This document shows, in pieces, positions 27,582 to 38,600 of a stretch of 39,442 nucleotides of DNA (the stretch's first letter is position 1; each line of letters opens with the position of its first letter). The DNA is taken from the sequence record SRR20825010_1318. The stretch is one strand, 5' to 3'. The notes under the pieces were generated by a model. The model saw nothing but the letters and a program-made list of their open reading frames with translations. It did no database searches and was not told where the DNA came from. The position numbers and the translations under genes were made by a program.

Positions 27582-29234
27582 TCAGCGAGGGACCGCCGTC
27601 AACCCACCATTTTCCTCGGACTCCATCGCGGGCTCCGATTCAGGTGGCTTGTTGAATCCTCGAACGCTGTCTGATCCACGATATCGGCCGTGACCCGCAT
27701 CGCTTCGGCGGCGAGTCGGTGGATTGCGGCTAGCATCCAAATCCGCCGAATGAGGCGACAAGAGCAGGCCGCGAAGCAAAGCTTGAACGATGCCAAAACC
27801 GAACGCCAACATCGCCGCTAAGACCAAAAGGATGGACCGTTTGGGTTTGACTTTTTTCAGTCCCAGCGAAGGTTCCTGAACGACGGCGATTTCGCTGACG
27901 GCCCCCGATGACAATTGATCGATCAGCCGGGCATTGTCACGATTCTCCGCTGTCCGCATGTACTCGGCTTCGGCCAAATCGGTTTCCCAACTCAGTTCAG
28001 CCAGATGAACTTCGTCACGATTGAGTTGCTTGAGCTCCTCGTGCAGCGACTCGGCTTGCAATACCAAGTTTTTTCGTTTGGATTCCAATCCGGCGAGAGT
28101 CGTGCTGGTTTGCTGCCACGACATCATCAAGGCTTGCCTCAACGGGTTGGTGGACTCGGTCGTCTGAGGCCGCTCGCCTTGTTCCGATTGAGCGATCTCG
28201 GTCGCAGCAGCCAGTTGCTCTCGAAGCACCTTCAACTTCGGATGATCTTCGCTGAGTTTGACCGATTGTTCTTTGTACCGAACTTCCAGGTCATACAACG
28301 CTTGCCGCATTGAATCGCCCGTCGCCTTCGGAATGCCACGAATGGTTTGTGTTTGCAAGGTTTCTGGTTGCTGCTCGATCTGTTCTACCAATCGATCCCG
28401 CTGGGAACTCATCGATGCTAGTTCGTGTTCAACATCGACAAGGTTGCTTTCGACTTGACTAAGCAACGAACGAAGTGCCGACTGAGCCGATCCAATGTCG
28501 ATGATCCCGCGTTCCGTTTTCGCGATGCGAAGTTTTTCCTTTGCATCCATCGCTCGTTTGTAAGCGATCTTTGATTGCTCCTCGAAGAACTCGGACGAAC
28601 CCGACGAGCTATGGGCCATCGCATGGTGCTCGCGATAAACGTGAACCAACGCGTTCAGCAAATCTCGCGAGAGGAATGGATCCTCGGTGCGAACTTCCAA
28701 GTCAATCGTGTAGGCATCCTTTGCCATGAACAGGTTCATCGATTCTTGGAACTTGTTGATAGCCATCTCTTCCGCGATTTGGTTCTCCACCTGTTCAGCG
28801 GACAGATCGCCCATGGGTTTGGTTTCACCACTGGGGAGAAAGGAACCAAGTTGCTGCATCGACTTGGAAAGCAAACTGTGTGGTTCCAAAATCCGTTCGA
28901 CACCAACTTCATCAACGACCTTTTTGGCGATCGCGCGAGATTGCAACATTTCGCGAACGCTGTTGACCTGTGATGCGCGACTGTCTTGCAGCGAGACGGT
29001 TGGCGAGAGTGTCGCGGTTTGATCCATCGACACCGCACCGCGCCCCAACCGGATCAGCAGTTGCGAATAGGAATCAAACTGAGCCGGAATCAGGAAGACG
29101 CAAAACGCCAGCACGGGCAGCAGGAGCAGCGTGCAAATGACGACTGACCATCGATGGCGATTGATTGCACGCCAGAGATCACTCAATCGCAGTGGGCGAA
29201 AATGATCGGCTTCGGCAAAGGAGCGTTCATTCAT
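27582..29234 (-). CDS. GumC/Wzz-type polysaccharide co-polymerase (chain-length/export protein)
   Basis: N-terminal TM, LQSRAIAKKVV, long coiled coil with LSEDHPKL, VVQEP...VKPKR followed by a second TM. Probable ATG 29234 (ORF open from 29285). Confidence 0.88.
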   Translation of the reverse strand: MNERSFAEADHFRPLRLSDLWRAINRHRWSVVICTLLLLPVLAFCVFLIPAQFDSYSQLLIRLGRGAVSMDQTATLSPTVSLQDSRASQVNSVREMLQSRAIAKKVVDEVGVERILEPHSLLSKSMQQLGSFLPSGETKPMGDLSAEQVENQIAEEMAINKFQESMNLFMAKDAYTIDLEVRTEDPFLSRDLLNALVHVYREHHAMAHSSSGSSEFFEEQSKIAYKRAMDAKEKLRIAKTERGIIDIGSAQSALRSLLSQVESNLVDVEHELASMSSQRDRLVEQIEQQPETLQTQTIRGIPKATGDSMRQALYDLEVRYKEQSVKLSEDHPKLKVLREQLAAATEIAQSEQGERPQTTESTNPLRQALMMSWQQTSTTLAGLESKRKNLVLQAESLHEELKQLNRDEVHLAELSWETDLAEAEYMRTAENRDNARLIDQLSSGAVSEIAVVQEPSLGLKKVKPKRSILLVLAAMLAFGFGIVQALLRGLLLSPHSADLDASRNPPTRRRSDAGHGRYRGSDSVRGFNKPPESEPAMESEENGGLTAVPR

Positions 29235-29975
29235 GTCGCGAGATGCAGCAAGATACGGGAACGGTTGCAAAGAGCTGTACGACAACGGCCGCAGCGGACA
29301 ACGTCGTCATGGAATCGAAACGGGATTCCACCCCCAGAATCCGACCGCCCCAGTCTAATCCGTTGTGCGACTAACGAGAGGGGTAAGCGAGCCCGACACT
29401 GATTTTTGCTGCATCAACAGCGATCGAAGGATCATTCTCCGCCCCTCGCTCGCGGACAATCGGCAACAAACGCCATCGAATCGCCTCCGAATCCGTCTGG
29501 GGCCAGCGAATTCCACCCGATTTGGCGAACACGCGAAAAGTAGGATCGGAGACGAAATGAATGCTTCGGTTCTGTCGGCGCATAAAAAAACCGACAGGCT
29601 GGATCCATCGATCCGACCTGCCGGTCCAATTCGGTTACAGCCACTCGGCGGCAAGAGTGAAGCCGCTGGGAGAAACGCGTGAATCTCGACGTGCTACTGC
29701 ACAAGTCTTTGAGTGATTCAGGCGTGCCCGAAAAATGAACCCTCTGCCGGTGTTATGTGACTGCACCTAACAGACCTCAAAAGGTCTGCTGTGTGCATTT
29801 TAGGCTCAGTTGCCCATGCAGCAAGGTTGATCGGCCATTTACTTGGCGGATCTGATGCGAATCTTCCATTTTGTGAGCTTCACGCCAAACTGTCTCGACC
29901 GTTTTCGAAGCATTACGCTGGCAACAAAAATTCAGATCCAAACGCGTTTTGTTGCGACATGGGCCAATCGTTCGC

Positions 29976-30635
29976 TCACCGAATCAACCATTCGCGAAAA
30001 CCTTCAACGAACTGGTCTCCTCGTCCCATCACCGATCGGACAAGCAAAAACAGCATCGCCAACGAGACAAAGAGTGCTGCCCAGCCACGACGAGGCGAGG
30101 GGGGCGAGATTCCGCGCACCTGGACTCGCAGTTGACCGAGCAAGTGATTCCAAAACGAGAGCGGAAGCATCGGCTCGAAGGCCAAAACGCTCACGCAATC
30201 AAATCCTTGATGCCCTTCAATCCTCAGGTGGGCGCCGAACTGCGGCAGATGAACCTGAGCGTTCTTTTCGTCGCCGACCGCGGATGAGTCGATCGCTTGA
30301 GCGCTTCGCAGCAATGCGGGGTAAAGCTCATTCGCGGTCCGTCCGTAAACAACCAACCGAGGCTCGCGGGTCAAAACCACCAATCCGCAGATCAGCACGT
30401 ACAGCAACAACATCGGTAACCAAACATACGGCCCGAGCAGCGCCGCCGATGCACTGGGAAAGAATAGTTGCATCGGGCCGACAGCAACCATGCCGGCCAT
30501 CGCGAAAAAGAGGGCAGACAAATCACGTCCGCCAGTCGTTATCAAGACTCGGCCGCTCACGCGAATCAACGAAAGCAGTAGCAGGTATCCAATGATCGGA
30601 AGGAAGACGACCGTCAAAACAAACGGATCAATCAC
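29976..30635 (-). CDS. Hypothetical membrane protein
   Basis: Four hydrophobic segments; GTG start overlaps the antiporter stop (GTGA). Confidence 0.8.
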   Translation of the reverse strand: MIDPFVLTVVFLPIIGYLLLLSLIRVSGRVLITTGGRDLSALFFAMAGMVAVGPMQLFFPSASAALLGPYVWLPMLLLYVLICGLVVLTREPRLVVYGRTANELYPALLRSAQAIDSSAVGDEKNAQVHLPQFGAHLRIEGHQGFDCVSVLAFEPMLPLSFWNHLLGQLRVQVRGISPPSPRRGWAALFVSLAMLFLLVRSVMGRGDQFVEGFREWLIR

Positions 30636-32566
30636 GCGTTTGCCTCCCCGTCTTTAGACGACGCCTCATCGTCCTTGTTGGCATCGTCGGTCAGAGAGGG
30701 GTCCGGTCGTTTCTTAGAGGCCTTCACCGCGTGTTTGTCCGGGACCGGTGTGCTGCTCACCAGCGCCAAAATGGTCTGACCCGCCGCGGGAACCAAGGGT
30801 GCGTCGACGGTGTTGATGTTGAGGGCACCTTCGGATGTGATGGCGCACAGCACGGTCGTCACTTCGCCATACTTTTCTTGAAAATCGGCGAACGAGAATG
30901 ACTCGGTCAACTTCGTCGTTTTCAAACTCGCACCCGCAGCATGCATTTCGGAAAGGCGAGTGAACGTCAAACCTTCGCCGAAAAGCTCACGCCCCATCAA
31001 GTTCTTGGTCAATCCACGACGCCCCGCCGTGTTCTTGCTTTTGAATGTCAACTGATACAACCGCGAAGAATCGAACAACGTTCGGCACTCACGAAGAGCG
31101 AGCGAGTTGACTTCATCGTTGGGCGTCATCGCCAGCAACCGTCCGATGCCGGCTAAATCCAGATCCTCGCGGGCGTGTTCGTTAAGAATGTTGGCGCATT
31201 CACCTCGCAGCCCCGCCATCCGGGCTTGGCTGATTTTGTTGTAGTTGGTGTCCACCAGCAAAACGGGGATGCCCGCGGCCTTCAGTTCTGCCGCGAAATC
31301 TCGCACCCAAGCATCGGCACCCGCAATCAAGACACCTCGGCTGGTTTCTTCCGCCAATTTCAGCAGACGTGCCAGCGGTGCGGCGGCGATTCCATAAACC
31401 GCAACCGTTCCAATAATCACCAAGAACGTGACCGTCGCCAGTTGATCCGATCCTGGAATGTTCAGATCGGTTCGGCTTTCCATCGACAACGCAAACACGC
31501 TGCTCACCGCTGCGGCAACAATCCCTCGCGGAGCCAACCCGGCAATGAACGTCTGTTCGCGATAGTTCAGTGGACTGCGCAGCAACGACAGATAAACCGA
31601 AACCGGTCGCACGATGAATATCAAAGCAAAGATCAGTCCGATTCCCGGCAAGCCAATCGTCGCCAAGTCCGTCAGATTGACGCGAGACCCCAGTACGATG
31701 AACAAGCAACCGATCAGCAACGTGCGAAGGTTCTCCTTCAGTTCAATGATATGCTCGACATCGAAATGCTTTTGATTCGTCAACCAAATCCCCAGCACCG
31801 TCACGACGATCAGACCGGACTCGTGAGCAATCATGTTGCTCAGTGCAAACAGCAACAACGCCAGCGACAGAGCCGTCACGCCGTGCAAATGATCGGGCAC
31901 CCAGTAACGACGAAGTGCCTGTGTCAGCAACGCGCCGCCGGCGACACCCAAACCAACGCCGATTGCTCCCGTGATGGCGAGCGACTTCAGCGCGCTGGAA
32001 AAGTGAGGCGCGGATTGAGCCAGAACGACTTCCTCGTAAACCAGCACAGCCAACACCGCACCGATTGGATCGATCACGATCCCTTCCCATTTCAGTGTTG
32101 ACGCCACTCGACGGCTCGGTTTGACCTGGCGAAGCAACGGACCGATGACCGTCGGACCGGTCACGACCAAGATCGCCCCCAGCAGAAAACTGAGATGCCA
32201 AGCGAATCCAAGTATCCAGTGGATTGCCAACGTGTTGCCGACAAAGGCCAACGCGGCACCAACCGTGCATAATCGCAACGACGACGAACCCGATTCGCGT
32301 AGTTCGCTGAGTTTGAGCGTCAGCCCACCCTCGAACATGATGATCGCGACGGATAGCGAAACCAACGGAAACAGAATGTTTGGCCCGGCCGTTTCGTCGC
32401 CGCCGGTCAAATCAGCGAGCAGGGAATCGGGTTGGACGACAAAGTGGCCCAAACAAATTCCGAACAGAAGCAACAACAGAATGCTGGGCAACTTCGTTCG
32501 CCACGCCAGCCATTGTGCCGTCACACCAAGGGCGGGCACGAGGGCGAGGTAAATCAAAAAATCCAT
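30632..32566 (-). CDS. Cation:proton antiporter (CPA1/NhaP-type) with C-terminal TrkA-N-like domain
   Basis: QWLAWR.KLPSI, FEGGL, VTGPTVIGP, WEGIVIDPIG, APRGIVAA, many TMs, then VLIAGA..VLLVD Rossmann-like domain. Confidence 0.93.
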   Translation of the reverse strand: MDFLIYLALVPALGVTAQWLAWRTKLPSILLLLLFGICLGHFVVQPDSLLADLTGGDETAGPNILFPLVSLSVAIIMFEGGLTLKLSELRESGSSSLRLCTVGAALAFVGNTLAIHWILGFAWHLSFLLGAILVVTGPTVIGPLLRQVKPSRRVASTLKWEGIVIDPIGAVLAVLVYEEVVLAQSAPHFSSALKSLAITGAIGVGLGVAGGALLTQALRRYWVPDHLHGVTALSLALLLFALSNMIAHESGLIVVTVLGIWLTNQKHFDVEHIIELKENLRTLLIGCLFIVLGSRVNLTDLATIGLPGIGLIFALIFIVRPVSVYLSLLRSPLNYREQTFIAGLAPRGIVAAAVSSVFALSMESRTDLNIPGSDQLATVTFLVIIGTVAVYGIAAAPLARLLKLAEETSRGVLIAGADAWVRDFAAELKAAGIPVLLVDTNYNKISQARMAGLRGECANILNEHAREDLDLAGIGRLLAMTPNDEVNSLALRECRTLFDSSRLYQLTFKSKNTAGRRGLTKNLMGRELFGEGLTFTRLSEMHAAGASLKTTKLTESFSFADFQEKYGEVTTVLCAITSEGALNINTVDAPLVPAAGQTILALVSSTPVPDKHAVKASKKRPDPSLTDDANKDDEASSKDGEANA

Positions 32567-32740
32567 GTGGCGGATGCGTCGGCTTTAGATGGAGAAGTAC
32601 AGAAACCGCTCACAGGATATCTGCCGATGCGTGTGCCGGACAGCACCGACGCTGATGGATCAGCCCGTGTGGGCTGAATGTTCACCCAAATTCACCTGCC
32701 AGCCGTCAAAACCAGCGTGCAAGCTGATAGATCCGTTTCC

Positions 32741-33145
32741 TCAATAAGTCGGAACGGTCACGATCGGTTGGTCCTGATACAACTTGATCGAAGGCAACGT
32801 GATGCCGCGTTTGGCAGCTTCATATTTCAGTGCCCGCTCAAAGAACGGAAAGGGATAGTGCGAGTCGCGGCGGATTGAATAACGCTCGATCGCAACGACC
32901 AATCGCAGATCCAGCTTTCGCTGGTTCACTCGCTTCGTGATTTCCAACAGGTAATCCTGTTGGGGCTGAGTCGTCGCGTGCAACCGATTGACCAACCGCT
33001 CGTAAAGCTTCGCAGTCGAATCGCCCTGGGCTCCCAGTTGCGTTCGGGTGGTGATCTGAGCTTGTGCGGACGGTGCGTCAGCGAATGCCAAACCCAAGCA
33101 AACGAAAAGGGAAGCAATGAATAAACGGTGGTGTCGAGCCAGCAT
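32741..33145 (-). CDS. Hypothetical secreted protein
   Basis: Signal peptide ending SAQA-Q; co-oriented with neighbours; YPFPFFERAL. Confidence 0.7.
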   Translation of the reverse strand: MLARHHRLFIASLFVCLGLAFADAPSAQAQITTRTQLGAQGDSTAKLYERLVNRLHATTQPQQDYLLEITKRVNQRKLDLRLVVAIERYSIRRDSHYPFPFFERALKYEAAKRGITLPSIKLYQDQPIVTVPTY

Positions 33146-33260
33146 GATGCGACCAAATTTCGCGGGAACACGTGCGAGAATCCTCGAACTGCACCGCTAG
33201 CAAATCCGACCGCCCCGGATCAAGACGGATCGTTCGGATCCGCCAAATATATCTTCGCTT

Positions 33261-34223
33261 TCACTTCCAGCTCCAAACGTCAACGTCACCCAAACCAGTC
33301 TCCGATAGCGGCTGATCGGATTGCAACCACGTCTTGCCCGATGCGTCGTCTTTCAGATATGCGTCCCAAAACCGCAGGCTGATTTGCTGAATCGCCGGGT
33401 GATGCTTCGGGTTGCGATTCCTGGTTCTCAGGCCTCGGCTGTCACCAAACGCGGAATGCTCCGCTCCATCCAAAACCAATTCGTACTTGTCGCCCTCTGG
33501 CAGAGCAGCGTACACCTCTCGTCGTTTCGCTGGATCAAACGAAGAATCAATCGGGCTGGCATCCTTCGTACCTGTCATGCACATCATCGGTTTTGCCAAA
33601 TGACCGAAACCTTGATCCGCGGGAAGCCCCTTCCCTGGTTGGGGGCTGAAGGCAACAAAAGCGTCGATTCGAGTCTCTTCGAAACTTCGATTCCGCGGAA
33701 GCTTCTGACCGGCTACCGCGAGTGTCGTGACCGCCCCAAAACTGTGACCACTCATGCCGATGTGTTCCAAGTCCATCCGGTTGCTCAGCGGATGGGACTT
33801 CTGCTTGTTCCAAACGGTGAGCTGATCGATGACGAACGTCACATCCTCGATCCGATCTTGCGAACTCTGCAAACTTGCCGCGGACTTCAGTGCCGCCATT
33901 CGTTGCCGTAGACGAGCGGTCTTCCAAACCTGTTCATCACTCCCAGCGTGTTGCATGAAAACCGCAACATAGCCGGACGATGCCCAGTATTCGCCGAGAT
34001 AAGCGTTGTTCTCTCGCGAACCACCCAGCCCGTGCGAGAACAAGATGACCGGGTTTGGTGTCGGTTCGCCATCCCAGTAAACCTTGAGTGGAACATCACG
34101 GTTTCGCCGCTCATCCTTCGGCTCAAATCGCAGTACCTTCACCGCCACATCGACTTCGCCGTTCGCCCTGGTCGGGAACGACATCGCCAACGCGGCAAAG
34201 CTCAACAGCATCCAATTTTTCAT
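33261..34223 (-). CDS. Secreted alpha/beta hydrolase (dienelactone hydrolase / PAF-acetylhydrolase-like)
   Basis: RBS GGAAGG before ATG 34223; signal peptide; ILFSHGLGG, nucleophile GHSFG, TGTKD, AEHSAF. Confidence 0.9.
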   Translation of the reverse strand: MKNWMLLSFAALAMSFPTRANGEVDVAVKVLRFEPKDERRNRDVPLKVYWDGEPTPNPVILFSHGLGGSRENNAYLGEYWASSGYVAVFMQHAGSDEQVWKTARLRQRMAALKSAASLQSSQDRIEDVTFVIDQLTVWNKQKSHPLSNRMDLEHIGMSGHSFGAVTTLAVAGQKLPRNRSFEETRIDAFVAFSPQPGKGLPADQGFGHLAKPMMCMTGTKDASPIDSSFDPAKRREVYAALPEGDKYELVLDGAEHSAFGDSRGLRTRNRNPKHHPAIQQISLRFWDAYLKDDASGKTWLQSDQPLSETGLGDVDVWSWK

Positions 34224-34245
34224 GTTCGCGTTCCTTCCAGGCGAC

Positions 34246-34776
34246 TTACTCATCCGCGGTGTTGGCATTTTGGCCGGGGGCATTTGGTAATCGCGCATCG
34301 GTTGTGATGGGGTATTTGCTGTATTGTTTCCAACTGATTCGAGTTTGCTGCTCGTCGGTTGCTTTCGACACGATCAACGTAGTCGAAGTGGTCTTCGAAT
34401 TTACCAAGATCACGTGGAGTTCAAACGGCCGTCCTTCTGACTCGTCACAAAACACAACCGAACGACCTTCATTCGGTTGAATGCTGAGCTTCGCATCGTG
34501 ATCCGGGTTCCGTGTTAACAGCTCTCGATAGTGCTGGAGGACTTCGTCCACGGATGCTTCCGTCGTCATGCGTGCTTCAAACACAGTGGACTGAACGGTT
34601 CGGTTACCCTCCGCATCAATCGTGGCAGCGTCTGATCCCTTCGCATGGTTGATTGAGGACTTGGGATACCGCCAGGGAGCAATCGTTCCCATCAAACTGA
34701 CCGGTTCTGCGGCTACGTTCATCGCGGAACCAGCAAGAACCAACCAGACACAGATGTTCGCAAGCTTGGATCGCAT
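34246..34776 (-). CDS. Hypothetical secreted protein
   Basis: RBS-like GAAGGA before ATG 34776; signal peptide ending NVAA-E; ORF open from 34794. Confidence 0.7.
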   Translation of the reverse strand: MRSKLANICVWLVLAGSAMNVAAEPVSLMGTIAPWRYPKSSINHAKGSDAATIDAEGNRTVQSTVFEARMTTEASVDEVLQHYRELLTRNPDHDAKLSIQPNEGRSVVFCDESEGRPFELHVILVNSKTTSTTLIVSKATDEQQTRISWKQYSKYPITTDARLPNAPGQNANTADE

Positions 34777-34933
34777 CGCTTTTCCTTCATTCATGGAGTT
34801 AATGTACTTTTCGATCGCCGCAGATTGACTCGCTAACGCGAGACCATCGTATCTTTGGCCCCGAGAGCAAAGATCGCAAGCCTTTCATGGATTGAATCGT
34901 ACCAGCGCAAACTGGCGAGAAGTTCTTCCGTGG

Positions 34934-35359
34934 CTAATCAGCGTCGACGGCAGTCAATTCGTCTTGGAATTGCCTGCGTTCCCGCTCGAGGACCGTTCGC
35001 GATGCGGCCCCTTTCCATGTGCTGAGTGCCGGCGTGCCAAATAAATGAAACCAGATCGTGCCGAGACAGAGAAAGACGAACGCGTGAAGACCAAACAGAA
35101 TTGGCTTGGATGGTGGTATCGCACGAAAGTAAAGCATCGATGCAAAGCAAGCGATCGCGGTCAGCGTCGACAACGAACTTGCCCTCCAGGAATTTTTCAG
35201 TCGCAAACGCCTCCCGCACACGTCGCATTTGCATCGAGGAAAGACCAATCGCAATCGTGATATCGGATGATCACAAACAGGACACGTCGTGCTTCTCGAC
35301 TCAGTCGAAGCGATCGGAATGGTTTCCGGCGAACGATAAGGATTCGACTCAGTGTGCAA
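34934..35359 (-). CDS. Hypothetical membrane protein with zinc-ribbon-like Cys pairs
   Basis: NPYRSP N-terminal motif, CPVC...CKCDVC, two TM segments. Probable TTG 35359 (ORF open from 35512). Confidence 0.6.
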   Translation of the reverse strand: MHTESNPYRSPETIPIASTESRSTTCPVCDHPISRLRLVFPRCKCDVCGRRLRLKNSWRASSLSTLTAIACFASMLYFRAIPPSKPILFGLHAFVFLCLGTIWFHLFGTPALSTWKGAASRTVLERERRQFQDELTAVDAD

Positions 35360-35651
35360 CGGTTCGCTTTCAGAAGACAATTTCGGACGCAACGAAGAAA
35401 TGCAAACGCTCGACCAATTACAACTTAATGGAATGGAATGCCTCTCGTACGATCGGTCGCCGCTCTTTGCGATGCGACTCAACGGCCAAACATCAACACC
35501 GATACGTACCACGAATCAAAACTTCCGCCGCGAGGACACTGAGTCGTTGCAAGCGACAGATGGTGGCAGGTGGTAGGATGAATTCCCGCATTTGAATCGC
35601 CTTTTTGGTTCCCTTGCTGATTCATTCCCCCCCACTTCTTTTGACAACGAC

Positions 35652-38600
35652 ATGCGTTTTGCGATTCGAGTGTCTGTGCTCGCCCGACTTGTGATTGTCG
35701 CGGTTCTTTGCGTAGCTCAAATTAGTTTTCTATCCCGTGCATTCGGACAACGCCCCAACCAATCGGCGTCGATCCAATCAACGTCATCGGACGAAAACCT
35801 CGGACCAGGCCCCTCGATCACCAAACCGGATGCACACGTTCGTGAATGGTTGTTTGGATCCGATCTGTTTGCGGAAGATGTGTTGGAAATCCGAAGGATC
35901 TCTTCAAAGCTTCCCGTTGAGGAACGCCTGGATGCTCTCCTTCAATGGATTTTGCCCTCGCGATCTCACGTGAGCTTTCGTGTGACGGGCGCGTCATCGC
36001 CAACCAACCCTTCGCCGTCGGTCCGGAGCGGTTCGGTCTTTGAAACACACGAATCCCAGATCGTCTCGCCGGTCTACGACGCGTTGAACCTCGCCAAGCG
36101 CCAAGGGGTGTTGCCGGAATTGCGCAAGCGAGTGAAATCCGCCGTGGCAAAGAACTTGAATGATGAGCGATCGCGTCAAGCGATGTTGGCACTGGTTGAT
36201 TTGGAACTTGGCAACGGGTCCAGCGCGGAGGAGTCCATTGCCTCGCTTCACGAACTCTTGTCCAAAACGCCCGTCAATTCACTTACTGAGCTTTGGCCAG
36301 TCGCTTTGGTGGCGCATCGAGGGACGCGTCAGTTCGCTGAATCACCAGCGTTGGGAGAGCTTGTGTCTGTTCTCTATCAAACCTGCGTCGTTCGCAATCG
36401 ATCGGATCTTCCCAATTCATTCGTCAGCCAAATACGACGCATCAGGACGGAGCTGTTTGACAAACAATGGGCATCCACGGACGAGGCGGTTCGGAAGATT
36501 TACGAGTGGACCGCCGACTATCAACAAGAATGGATTCCGATTCGCGAAGCAACCGCGTCAATCCGAGGAAACGGAGACGTTGTCGCTGAGTGGATTCAAG
36601 ACGAATCAGGCGTTGTTTCCAACCGCGGTGGCAGCCACACCGAATACTTGGCGTTTGCGACACCTTTGAAGGGCAACTACAGCATCGAAGCGGATCTCGC
36701 GGCGAACAATCTGGGGCAAATCCTTGTGGCTGGCCGGTTTGTTGGCCCGGGATATCGAGACACCAACTTTCGCAGCGGTGTGTTGAGCGGGCGACTCGAT
36801 GAAATCGAATTGGACAAACCCTTCGAGAAGCTGGATCGATGGATCCACTATCGCTCGAACATCAAAGACGACACTCAAACGGTTCATTTGAATGGTCGCC
36901 AAGTGCAAAAAGAATCGGTCGCTCCCAACGCGGCACCTTGGTTGGCGATGAGAGGCTGGTACACGGCGAATGCACGTTTTCGAAATTTCCACATCGCCGG
37001 TGCTCCCGAAATTCCAGACGCCGTCCCTATGCTGACATCGCAAGGTCTGTCTGGATGGACCGATTACTACGGCGGTTCGCGCCCTGAATACAGAGGGCAG
37101 TGGAAACGTATCGACGCCGCGCGTGGTGACACGATGATCGTGGGTTCAAAACAAAAAGGCTTGGACCAGTCCCACTTCGAGAGCTTGCTTCGATACTTCC
37201 GCCCGCTGATGGATGGCGACCGTGTGGAATACGAATTTTTCTACGATCCGGGAAAGGCGAATGCCCACCCAGCACTCGATCGCCTCGCGTTTCTCATTTC
37301 GAACGAGGGAGTCACCGAGCACTGGGTCACCGACGGCTGCTTCGATCGCACTCTGCTGTGTCCCGACAACATGGAATTTGTGTCAGACTACCAGCGTCAC
37401 GAAGGAACCCTCCCGTTGAAAGTGTCGGAGTGGAACCACGGTGAACTGCAATTGGCCGGCAACATGATCCAGCTTTCATTGAATGACCAGCTGATCTACG
37501 AACGCCCATTGGACAGCGAAAGTGATCGCACCTTCGGTTTGTTTCACTTTTCCGATCGCGAAGAACTGAAAGCACAGTCTCTGATCTTGCGAGGCAAATG
37601 GCCAAAGCAATTGCTCGAACCTCAGCAATTGGCTGCTCCGGTACCGAACCGCCTTCATGCGTCGATGGACGAGTTGACTTCGGTCTTCCATCATGACTTC
37701 CGGGACGCTGATGCGACAACTCGCTACTTCAATGCAACCACCCTTCGAAACAATGATGGCGCAACGGAGACAGATGGTGGATTGCGATTAACGGCGTCGT
37801 CTTTCGGGCCGTGGAAGCAGCTTGCCGCCGTCCCGCAGTTTTCGCTGCGTGGGGATTTCGATGTGACGGCGGAGTTCACTCAGGCAGTGATCCCCGAGTC
37901 CGTTGACATTGCTCGTGTTGCTCTTTCAATCTCGTTGGATGATTCCCAGGCCCGCAAACTGATTGCTGCCACGGGATTCGCCGACGGCCAAGGCAGGCAT
38001 TTGATGGGGTCGATCAACTTGAGTTATCCAGATGGGACGATGCGCTTCCAAACGGGCAGACGCACCAACGAATCGACCTCTGGCAGGTTGAGAATTGCAA
38101 GGCGTGGTGAGGACGTCTACTTCCTCTTTGCTTACGAAGGATCCGACCAATGGCAGTTGCTTCACCAGGAAACCGCATCCGATGCAGATGTTCCCATCGG
38201 TGGCATACAACTCGTATCCATTGCGAAGGGCCGTGGAACGACATCTGCAAAATGGCTCAATCTCACACTTCGTGCCAAAGACCTGATGGTGTCGCCGTCG
38301 TCCGATCCCAAGCCCGTTCTTTCAGTCGTTCGTATCGATGGGACGGACCTGCGAGATCTGGCAGAACCGAACGAAACACTGTTGCACGTCGGATCGCCAG
38401 ACTGGTCGCCCGATGGAACACAGATCGTCTACGACCAACAAGCCGGCAGTACCCTGACGGCTCGGCTGATGCGAGTCGACAAAACCGGCGGCGATCCGGT
38501 TGATTTAGGATTCGGGTCCATGCCGACGTTCTCGCCCGACGGGAAACGCATTGCATTTTCGGCTGCGCGTCAGGGTGTGGGAATCATGGACGCTGACGGT

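Noticed and set aside
29843-30595. 250-aa plus-strand ORF
   Set aside because: Arg/Ser-rich and antisense to a membrane protein gene that is translationally coupled to the antiporter.
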